From Octopus bimaculoides (Eukaryota): a stretch of 64,000 nt of DNA. Of the stretch, positions 14,052 through 25,266 are shown piece after piece. The first letter of the stretch is position 1; the number at the start of each line of letters is the position of its first letter. A model generated the notes under the pieces. That model made no database searches. It saw nothing but the letters and a program-made list of their open reading frames with translations, and was not told the DNA's origin. Where the stretch lies: assembly GCF_001194135.2 (NCBI RefSeq), contig NC_068989.1, positions 85,783,111-85,847,110 on the forward strand. Reading direction: 5' to 3'. The position numbers were made by a program, and so were the translations under genes.

Positions 14052-14435
14052 ACAGGAGTGGCTGTGTGGTAAGTAGCTTGCTTACCAACCACATGGTTCC
14101 GGGTTCAGTCCCACTGCGTGGCATCTTGGGCAAGTGTCTTCTACTATAGCCTCGGGCCGACCAAAACCTTGTGAGTGGATTTGGTAGACGGAAACTGAAA
14201 GAAGCCCGTCGTATATATGTGTGTGTGTTTGTGTGTCTGTGTTTGTTCTCCTAGCATTGCTTGACAACCGATGCCGGTGTGTTTATGTCCCCGTAACTTA
14301 GCGGTTCGGCAAAAAGAGACCGATAGAATAAGTACTAGGCTTACAAAGAATAAGTCCCGGGGTCGATTTGCTCGACTAAAGGCGGTGCTCCAGCATGGCC
14401 GCAGTCAAATGACTGAAACAAGTAAAAGAGTAAAA
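14052..14435 (+). mobile_element. SINE family A, full length
   Basis: Same head, (GT)n and tail as the other copies. Confidence 0.88.
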
Positions 14436-14448
14436 TTAATTAATATTT

Positions 14449-16011
14449 TGTGGAAAGTGGGTTATACATCATTAGATGTATACCTGACTTTCCCATATAA
14501 TATTAAGAATTAACGGTACGCTGAACTCCAGACTATCAACACAAACAACATGTATTCAAGGTGGAATATATATATCTTTAGCTCTTGTTTGTTGAGACGT
14601 TGGTATGTAGATGTGAGCGAGCTGTCTAGCGTAAGTTCGAAAGATGGAGAGAGACAGCTAAACACGTCCTTGCTCAATCGCTGGCCAGCAAGAAAGAGGC
14701 AGAATGAAGCGGGAAAGCTTGGTTGTTGAATTCCACGCATGCGTGAGACTACGCTTGCGCACGGCGTTACTACAGGGCTCCCTTGCCAGTGCGGAACGCA
14801 CGATAATATGAAATTCTGTTGGAACGCCTGAGGCAGGATGGCCACTGAAAACCACCCACAAAATGTAGCACAAACACACACAAAGAAAAATGAAAGANNN
14901 NNNNNNNGGAACTGGAATCACGGAATGTGAAAGTCTGAGTGTTTGTTTTTACTGAAAGGAAAGAAAATGTATGAGTGCACTAGTGTGTGTGTGAGAAAAA
15001 ACACAGAACAAGTAAAAGTGTCTGTAACAGACTGTGAAAAGTCTTAAAACACTGAGATGGAGAAAACCAGTTCGTATTAAAATTCCACAAGGAGATAGAA
15101 TGTCCATACGCAGGAAGTTGCGGTCAAGGAGCAGAGCTGTAGTTGAGCGTCGATGCTGGCTGGGACCTGTGTTACCTGGTACTGAATATTCTGGCTGGTT
15201 AGTTCTGGTTCGTTGATCGTGAGTGGAAACATCCACTCTAATAGGTTCGAGATAAAACCGCGCTTGTTGATGTTGGTTGCTTGTGTACGTGTAGAAGTCA
15301 TGTTGACGATGTTGGTAGTACGTAGAGTCGTATTGCTGCTGGCGACGTCGGGGGCGATGCTTGTAGTTCGTAGTGGTTGTTGATGTCGTCGCTGTAAACT
15401 GGCTGTAGCTGTGTGGTGGTAATGATGTTGACAGTGGTGTGTGGTGTTTGAAAAACGAGCACGTCGTACACGAAAGTTGAGAGTTTGCCAAGGTACGCTC
15501 CTTTCAGACAGTCGACAGACACAATTTCCGTACGACCATTAGCGTCGACCTTGAAAAACTTTGGAGTGCGAGAAAGCACACGATAGGGTCCTTTGTAGGG
15601 AGAAACAAGGGGTCCCCACTTTATAGGAAAGTGGGTTATACATCATTAGATGTATACCTGACTTTCCCATATAAAATTAAGAATTAACGGAACGCTGAAC
15701 TCCAGACTATCAACATGAACAACATTTATTCAAGGTGGAATATATACATCTTTAGCTCTTGTTTGTTGAGACGTCTTCTGTGTGTGTGAGCATGGTTGTT
15801 GGTATGTAGATGTGAGCGAGCTGTCTAGCGTAAGTTCGAAAGATGGAGAGAGACAGCTAAACACGTCCTTGCTCAATCGCTGGCCAGCAAGAAAGAGACA
15901 GAATAAAGCGGGAAACGGTGGGGCATCTTCCCCACGTTGGGAATCACCGAGTTCAAATCTTCGAAGCCAACTTTGTATTTTATCCTTCTGCTATCAATAA
16001 ACGAAAGTACA
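14449..16011 (-). mobile_element. Internally deleted Gypsy-type LTR retroelement
   Basis: 3' LTR 14449-14774 with TG...CA ends; 5' LTR about 15622-16011 sharing about 250 bp with it; PBS-like AGTGGGGACCCC next to the 5' LTR; purine-rich CACTGGCAAGGGAGCCC before the 3' LTR; integrase C-terminus SPYKGPYRVLSRTPKFFKVDANGRTEIVSVDCLKGAY. Confidence 0.82.
15298..15606 (-). pseudogene. Gypsy integrase C-terminal (GPY/F module) relic
   Basis: PYKGPYRVL...VSVDCLKGAY matches the pattern PYxGPF/YxV...VSxDRLKPAY. Confidence 0.78.
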
Positions 16012-18659
16012 AGTCAAGTATTCGAATCAGTTTACCTTATTAAAATGAATCCTAGGTGTGAATAGAATTTATAATAGATTTTCACAGTCCCACAGTGCAG
16101 CACCTTTGGCAAGTATTTTCTACAAAAGCCTCATAGCCTCGGGCTGAGCCGTGCCTTGTAATTAACTTTGGTAGAGAGAAACTGTGAAAGCTCGTCACAC
16201 ACACACATGTATGTGTGTGCGTTTGTTCCCCACAATCGCTTGACAATCGGTATTGGTTTGTTTACCTCCCCGTAATTTAGCGGTGTTGTGAAAGTGGCCA
16301 ATAGAATAAGTACCAGACTTGGGAAAGCAAAATCCCACAAAACGTAAGTACCGGGGTCAATTTATTCGACACCTTTCAACGTGGTGCCCCAACCTGGTCA
16401 ATTCAATGAACTGAAACTAGTAAAGAATAAAAAGAAAGGTAAAAAAGATGTCATGCATATCAGTGGAAGTTGTTACATGGTCGCTCCTAGTTGCCAAATC
16501 TCTCTCGAGTCGTAATCTCAGACGTCCACAAAAGATGAGATGGCCAAGGATGGAACATCTCTGACTATTTAAAAACAGCAGCCAAATTTACTTCAATTAA
16601 CACCCTTCCGTCTATGTTCCCTCTGTGGGTGTATGCAAAAATGTTCTAGTGAGCAAATTATGTGCATACCCATATGAGTAACCATCACTCAAATTTCTTA
16701 CATAATATTTTAAAAAGTACAATTTCATCTTGAAAACCCATATATGCGCATTCTTTCCTCTCCAGGTTGTAAAACGTGAGGCGCGCCCACCTTAAAAGGA
16801 ACACTGCCAACCCTCTTGAAAAGGGAGGATAAACTAGATAATGTAGACTTGGATACATCTCCTGAATAAATGGTGTGATGATCACGGTTGGAAGGTCTTT
16901 GAATATAAATCTGCTTTATCAGGATGCTTGGGGACTAAACATCATTATCACCACCACCGTCAACAAATTACGACGGAGCCTCAATGTAGTCATTAAAATG
17001 ATTTGAAATAGCAACCAATGAGATACAAAAATACGTGATGGTCATGGCTGGGATACCTTTGATCATGCGTCTGTTCAGTCAGAGTCGACCTAGGAATAAA
17101 TAACTTGTAAGAAATATATAATTTGGAGAATCACACACGTGTTACGACGAAAAAAAAAATTCCTCGAGATTAAATTCTTAATTCGGAATTATAATTAAAT
17201 AATGTTTAATCTTTTTTTTGCTACCCACTATGTAATTTTAGCGATAATATATGCCAAATGTAGCAGAGTTGTGATGATATTTCTATGGATGATATCTTAA
17301 ATGATTATTAAGAAGATGACCGGCGCAAGAATTTATACGTTATGTATTGGTCGTTGGTCAATGGGCCGCTTTGCGTGGCGTATGAATTCATATGTTAAAA
17401 GATATCAAATTAATGAACAACAGACTTAAAGATCGAATGCGTTCTAACAGCACCAATACTACTTTTCATTTTTTCAGACATAATGTAACTACGACTACAT
17501 TATTGAATATGTATCTGTTGTTTAAACCCAAATCGATAAAATCGAACCAGATTGATATAAATATGGGGGTCGATATGATCGATTAAATTCTCTTGAAGGC
17601 AGTGCTCCAGCATGGCGACCATCCGATGAATAAAACAAATAGACGATAGTGTAACAACCGCTATTGTTTTATTCCTTAACAGTGGAGACGTTTTGTAACC
17701 TAATAGGGGTTTATTAGCTTGCTGCGCTGGGATCAAACAAGTTTTCACTTTCGATACACGACTTCAGATCAAACCACTTGCTAATAAAATACAACTCCTA
17801 ACTATTGTTTTTTTTTTCCCTCACCCCACTCTTTTTTTCCCCCACAAATGGTTTCAATACAGTTTTAGCAGAAGGTTTTTAAAAAAATTGAAGAAAATTT
17901 GGGGCTAATGCAGAATCACACCTCTCCTTGAAAAATGCATTTAAAAATAAAAATTCGGATTCCTGTGTTTTAGATGTCGGGGATTACGAATATGCAAAAA
18001 AAAACAACAAAAAAAAACACCTTTTCAAATNNNNNNNNNNNNNNNNNNNNNNNNNNNNNNNNNNNNNNNNNNNNNNNNNNNNNNNNNNNNNNNNNNNNNN
18101 NNNNNNNNNNNNNNNNNNNNNNNNNNNNNNNNNNNNNNNNNNNNNNNNNNNNNNNNNNNNNNNNNNNNNNNNNNNNNNNNNNNNNNNNNNNNNNNNNNNN
18201 NNNNNNNNNNNNNNNNNNNNNNNNNNNNNNNNNNNNNNNNNNNNNNNNNNNNNNNNNNNNNNNNNNNNNNNNNNNNNNNNNNNNNNNNNNNNNNNNNNNN
18301 NNNNNNNNNNNNNNNNNNNNNNNNNNNNNNNNNNNNNNNNNNNNNNNNNNNNNNNNNNNNNNNNNNNNNNNNNNNNNNNNNNNNNNNNNNNNNNNNNNNN
18401 NNNNNNNNNNNNNNNNNNNNNNNNNNNNNNNNNNNNNNNNNNNNNNNNNNNNNNNNNNNNTTTAATTATTATTTAAGGTAAACACAAGTAAAATGCAAAT
18501 AATTTTCATTTTAATGTTTTTATCTATATTTAATTTCGATTACTATATGTTTGTCAATTTGCTAAGATCTCTTTAAAGTAAACAAAATCAAAATTTTAAA
18601 TTGAGGGAGGGGGATTGAAATTTGAAAAGGCATTTTTTGGAAACTGAAAGAAGCCCATC

Positions 18660-18960
18660 GTATCATCATCATCATCGTTTAACGTCCGTTTTCCATGTTA
18701 GCATGGGTTGGACGGTTTGACCAGGGTCTGGGAAGCCAGGAGGCTGCACCAGGCTCCAATCTGATCTGGCAGTGTTTCTACAGCTGGATGCCTTTCCTAA
18801 AGCCAACCACTCTGTGAGTGTAGTGGGTGCTTTTTACATGTCACCGGCACAGGAGCCAGAGGAGGCTGGCAGCAGCCACGATCGGTTGGTGCTTTTTATG
18901 TGCTACTGGCACGGAAGTCAGTCAAGGCGGCGCTGGCATTGGTCACGTTCAGATGTTGCT

Positions 18961-18995
<35 letters not shown>

Positions 18996-19205
18996 CTATA
19001 TATGTGTGTGTGTCTATATGTTTGTGCATCTGTGTTTGTCCCCCCAACATTGCTTGACAACCGATGCTGGTATGTTTATGTTCAGCAAAAGAGACTGATA
19101 GAATAAGTACTAGGCTTACAAAGAATAAGCTCTGGGGTCGATTTGCTCGACCAAAGGTGGTGCTCCAGCATGGCTGCTGTCAAATGACTGAAACAAGTAA
19201 AAGAA
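18660..19205. mobile_element. Family C repeat (minus, (CAT)n tail) nested in a family A SINE
   Basis: catcatcatcgtttaacgtcc..ctggatgcctttcctaaagccaacc is inserted where the family A microsatellite lies; the family A tail resumes at about 19020. Confidence 0.7.
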
Positions 19206-22200
19206 AAAAAAATCTTTCTTATCAGGCAATGTGACAGCTACATGTTTCAGACTTCATCAGTGAAGAAGTATCTTCTTAAACCAGCTTTGATTAGGGGACA
19301 GAGATTTTTACAAGAGTTAACCAGAATTTCAGGTAATGGATATGTAGCAAACAGTCACCAAATACCTAAGCCAGAATTTGAAATCGAATCCACATTAAAC
19401 AAGTGTTCAACCTATTGTTTTAGCCTATTGCTCTAAGAATTTTATGAGAATAAGCTGATCTTTTGATCTTTTTTAAGGCATTCATCAGTCAAAGCTGATT
19501 AGAGAGGAGACATCCTTTGTTTTCACCTGACCTAATTTAGCTATGAAGTATATAAATATGTAAAGACAAATAGCTTTATTTCTCTTTTGGTCAACCATCT
19601 TTGGTCAAAGAGCAACTTTTTCTGTATACTGATCAATGTACGAAAGTAGATTTATCACCCTCTCTATTAACCTAGGCTATTATTCTGTCTCTCTTTAGTA
19701 TTAACTCACAGATGAAGCTAGCTACCATGCACAATGGACATAGAACTAAAGGCAATTTATTTACTACAACAAACAAGCTGTGTACACAAACTAAGAAGCT
19801 GTAGTTTCTATATTGTAATGACTAACATAATAATTGTACAAATAAACGATCATCATAACAAACTAATTAGTAATATTCATTTATATGATGCAACATTGTC
19901 GTTACAAACTGATGACTGATTATCATATTTTTGTTACAGATATTACATAATTAGAGAGATAACAGAATTTTTGTAATTACGCCAATTATTCTAGCCAAAA
20001 TTCTTCATAACACTTTTATTCAACAGGCAAATACTATGTTACAGAAGAGTTGCTTCTCAAAAATCCTGCTGTAACAAGGAGTTTCCTAACACAAAATGTA
20101 TTTTTCTGTTGACTTCCATGTAACACAGGGAAAAATGTGTTTCATTATGGAACTTTGTCAGAACAAGATATTTCAGGCATGCAACACTTTCATAACACAA
20201 GGATGTCTACTCACGTAAAATCACTGCCCATTGATCAATATAGATTTAAAGAAAACTATTCTTTACAGATGTAATCATAACAGGACTCTAGCATGTTCAC
20301 AGCTGTCACCTTACCTGAAAACACTAGGTTTTTCCTTAAACTTACAAATTAAATTTTCTGTGAAATTTATTGTTTTTTTTTTTTTCAAATATTCTCTCTT
20401 TGTTTTATTTCAGTTCCAGTTATAATTGCCATTAGGTATTTGTTTTCTTTCTCCAACTAATTCATTGAGAATTTTTTAAATAGATCACTCAGTGCATCAC
20501 CACCTACCAAAATATCTTCTTTCAGATCAAACATTCTATAATCTAAAATGGTACAGAGAACTAAGTACATGTCCATTTGAGCAGTGGATAAATTGATTTG
20601 TGGAAATGGTTCTGGTACTCTGCACTCTGAATTCAAATCTCACCAAGGTCAGCTTTGTCTATCATCATTTCAGGGTTGATAAAATAATGTGCAAGTCCTG
20701 TACTAGGGTTGAATCTTCTGTTTCCATCATTCTATCCGTTTCTCTTTCTGGAAGAAATCCGCAATGGTCAGACCTAGAGAAGAATGGACTCTATCAGGTC
20801 TAAAACTAGCCATGATAGGGATCAGGACCCTATAACTCTATCAAGAAGTAGGGAGCTGATAGCAAGGCAAGGATTTTTTTTACTGTTCACTGAATTTGTT
20901 AATCATTTAGCTATTATATACCAAAGCTCTGTAAAGTTCTCCATCCTAAAAATTGTTAAATACTATCTTCTTGAAAGCAACCTATACTTAGCAAGCTTCA
21001 CACATTTCATTAGGCTTAGTGCCAAAAGATAAAAAAAAGATAAAATAAAACTAAGGGCTGATTATTTATTGGAAGAAAAGTATTTCCATTCAATACAAAT
21101 ACATACATTTTTACACAGATAAACAGTATAGATAAAGTGACTATTAAATTAAGAACATATTGTTATGGATTTGTTATTCAATAAGAAACAATTTCATTGG
21201 TGAGTAGTATAACGTCTCATGCTGTATATTGGTCAATGGAACTATGTACATGTGTATGAATTTACATAATGAAACACGTTCCCAAACGAGGATTAAAAGC
21301 AGACAACAGCTGGCTCTCACTGAACTTATTGAATTATCAAAACACCATTAATGCTAGACCATTTATTGAATAACTATAAAAAGTAATTTGCTTGAAATCA
21401 CTGCTGTCAAGTTGGGATATCACATCAGACAACCAGTACAGGGAGCGGGATATCAAATTGACAGCAAACAATTTTGATTGGTTATAAAGAGGACACAAGT
21501 ACAACATTCAGCTTGTAGGAATAAATAGATATCCACTCTTTTAAACAAATACTATATTTTGGGCTTATTGAAAACTAGCATTATTTGTGGAAAATTAATA
21601 TAAAATCTAGAATTTTGGTCAGCTCCTTGCTGATACATTGTCAAACTTCTTTTAAATTGTAAGAGACTGGCAGTAACTCTACAGGAAAATTTGGTATAAA
21701 GTGAAAACTGTTACAGACACCCTTTCTTTCATCAAATGTAAACATTAAGAACTGAAACAGGATTGGTAGAGTTGTGGCACGTAAAAAGCACCCACTACAC
21801 TCTCGGAGTGGTTGGCATTAGGAAGAACATCCAACTGTAGAAACATTGCCAGATTAGACTGGAGCCTGGTGCGGCCTTCTGGCTTGCCAGTCCCCAGACA
21901 AACCGTCCAACTCATGCTAGCCTGGAAAACGAACGTTAAACGATGATGATGAATTGAGAGCATAATTTGACTGCTGAAACCCATATGCCCATGCATACAC
22001 ACATGCACACAACACATACTGTTTGACTTTGGCAAAAGTTGCAGTGAAATTGGTGCTAAACATGCCAGTGTATACACTTTTGGATCACACCAACAAGGAT
22101 AAAACTATTATGTCAGCGTTTAGGAAATGTAATCTAATCATTCATGCTAAAAGGAAAATTTCTTCATCATCATTTCATATCCATTTTTCTATGTTCAAAG

Positions 22201-22834
22201 AGTTTCTTGAGGCATATTTTCTCTGGCCAGATGCCCTTCTTGCCAACCTTCATCCATCTCCATGCAAGGTAATATTTCCCCATGGCCAGACATGTTTTTC
22301 ACTGAAGACGGGAAACAAACCTCTCCGCTTGTATAATGGTCATGCTTGTTTACAACCATCACATGGTGTCAAGACTAGGGTACACACAAACACACACATA
22401 CCACAAAAATACATACACACACACACAAAACAGGCTTCTTTCAGTTTCCATCTACCAAATCCACTCCCAATGTTTTAGCTGACCAGAGGAAAATAGTATA
22501 AGACTTTTGCCCAAGGTGTTGCGCAGGAGGGCTGAACCCAAGACCAATATGGTTGGGAAGCAAGATTCTCAACCACACAGCCATGCCTTCAAGAATTTTA
22601 ATTTAAAATGAAATATTTTACTAAAGTGTGGTTTCAGATAGTTTAGCATTAAAAGAGGTTAGAAAAAAATTTGTTTTAATCAATATTTATACAAACCACT
22701 GTATTTCCAAAAAGGAACTGAACTGATTCCAAAATAAGTAATGTCAGATTATAGCAACAATTGGAAAAAACAAGAAACAATTTGACTTGGAGGATCAGAC
22801 TTTCTTTATTAAAAACACTGACTTTGTGTCAATG

Positions 22835-22870
<36 letters not shown>

Positions 22871-23155
22871 CAACGTTATGTCACTCATGTAACATAACAT
22901 GTAACGTCACCATAACATTGCTATGACACATAACATCGCTGTAACACACATGTAACATTGCCATACCACACATGTAATAAATGCTAAAGGACTCACCACC
23001 ACCACCGTCAAAAAAAAAAAAAAAAGAGTATCTATTATAGAGATATGCTTATTTACACAGGAATATTTCTGAAGGGAGAAGTAATTCCACTGTAACCCCA
23101 TAGGATTGTTGATATTACGGCAATATCAAAAGATTCATCTTCACATTGCAATTCA

Positions 23156-23188
<33 letters not shown>

Positions 23189-23423
23189 NNNNNNNNNNNN
23201 NNNNNNNNNNNNNNNNNNNNNNNNNNNNNNNNNNNNNNNNNNNNNNNNNNNNNNNNNNNNNNNNNNNNNNNNNNNNNNNNNNNNNNNNNNNNNNNNNNNN
23301 NNNNNNNNNNNNNNNNNNNNNNNNNNNNNNNNNNNNNNNNNNNNNNNNNNNNNNNNNNNNNNNNNNNNNNNNNNNNNNNNNNNNNNNNNNNNNNNNNNNN
23401 NNNNNNNNNNNNNNNNNNNNNNN

Positions 23424-23467
<44 letters not shown>

Positions 23468-25266
23468 GAATGGAAATTAGTGCATACAAACCTGAGAAAA
23501 ACTTTCAGAACTACAGAAGACAAAACTAAGCTTCCACTTTCTGACCAATTCCTCAATAAATCACAAACAACCAACTTATCACTAAACTGTCCACCATTAA
23601 CTCACACTTGCATTTTATTTATTACACCATGTCAGATTGGTTACTAAACTGTCTGCCACTAAGTCAGTGTTTCTCATAAATCAGGGACTGTGAAGATTGA
23701 AAACAAGACAGAAGACAGACAAGTAGCCATGTTTTATAAAATTAAGATGCTTTACAGACTTGACAGGATAGACAAATTTCAGTTTGAAAACCACTATGCT
23801 AACTTGCACTTTATTTACTAAGCAATATATCCAAATTCATTAATAAACTTTTACACTACAGACTTATACCTATATTCATCAAACAATATATGAGATTCAT
23901 TACAAGGGGTTCATTTGGCATTGAAATCTCCTCTCAAGTTTTAGTGAAGCTATGTTAATGTAATTCATCTTCTGGTGATAGTTTCAACAGTAACATGCAA
24001 ACATTTGTTAATATCTCATTGACTATCAAATATAATGAGGCAAGCTGTAGGCCAACAACAGAATATCATTAACAGTAGAAAATTTAAAAAAACACCTCCA
24101 AAGCAAGGTACAAACACTACTTGCATAACAACACAAATGCCACTTCCATAGAATCACAACAACAGCTTCCTTCAAGCAGACTGTAGCAGTCAAGGGAAGG
24201 AAGCGGAAGACACAGAGATGGTAAAGAAACAGGTCTCCTTGTCTTTGACTATTTACGGAAATGACTATCACAATCCAAAAACTACTGAAGGATCCCCTAC
24301 ATGATCATCTGACTTTAATAGCAGCCAAATCTTTTTCAAATCCCACCTTTACCATTTTTTAAAAAACAGATGAATGCCATATCACAATGTATTCACACCT
24401 CTGATGTAAACTAGGTTTGCAGAGACAAGTTGGTCATGGCAAGAATGTCTTTGATTATAGGTTAAATAAAGCAACTTTATGTCTATAAGAGAGAGAGAAA
24501 GCCAAATCAGACCTAGCAATATGGTCTTATCTGAATTTACTGTGCATTGTTCATTATTAGAGGTAGTAGTAGTAGTAGTGGTGGTGGTGGTGGTACCAAG
24601 TGATCTTGGATCCTAGAATGTGACACAGAATCAATAAGTGAAAATCTGGGCCACTAGTTTGAAATTGGTATCTTACTGAGTCACCCTACAGGGCCATAAA
24701 CCTTATGACTTGGCAGGTTAACATTCATAAGAAAACTGTCATTCAATTTCTGTAACTTTTCCAATTATAATTCCACAGCTATGTGAATTAAATAAGGTAT
24801 ATTTTTTTTTAGATAAAGACTTCAACATTTGTTCACTTTCTAATAAATATATCAGTCAATTTGTGGCTAATAGCATATTAACTTTTTTTCAGACAATTTT
24901 ATGAACATATATCAATAAATTTATTTTACCAAAAATTTTACTTTGGTTTGGTCACTCTTCATTGTAAAATTTGTAAAATTCTTGAGAACTTCACTACAAT
25001 TTTCATTGGCAGAGGATTTCTCCTGTTATATCAATAAATTAAAAAGTAGATCTAAATCTTCATCAAAAGATCGATTCCATGGAAATGCATATTTCCAAAT
25101 AATATTCTTCCTTTGTCAGTGAACTAGGTTGTAGCTTGGGAAGATTGCATTAACAACAGCTTAGTAAAACTTTCACAGAACATGAAATGGTAAATTGTTC
25201 CAACAGGACTCCAATAGGATGGTTTACCACCAATATCACCAGTATTTCCTCAAACAACATCCGTGA

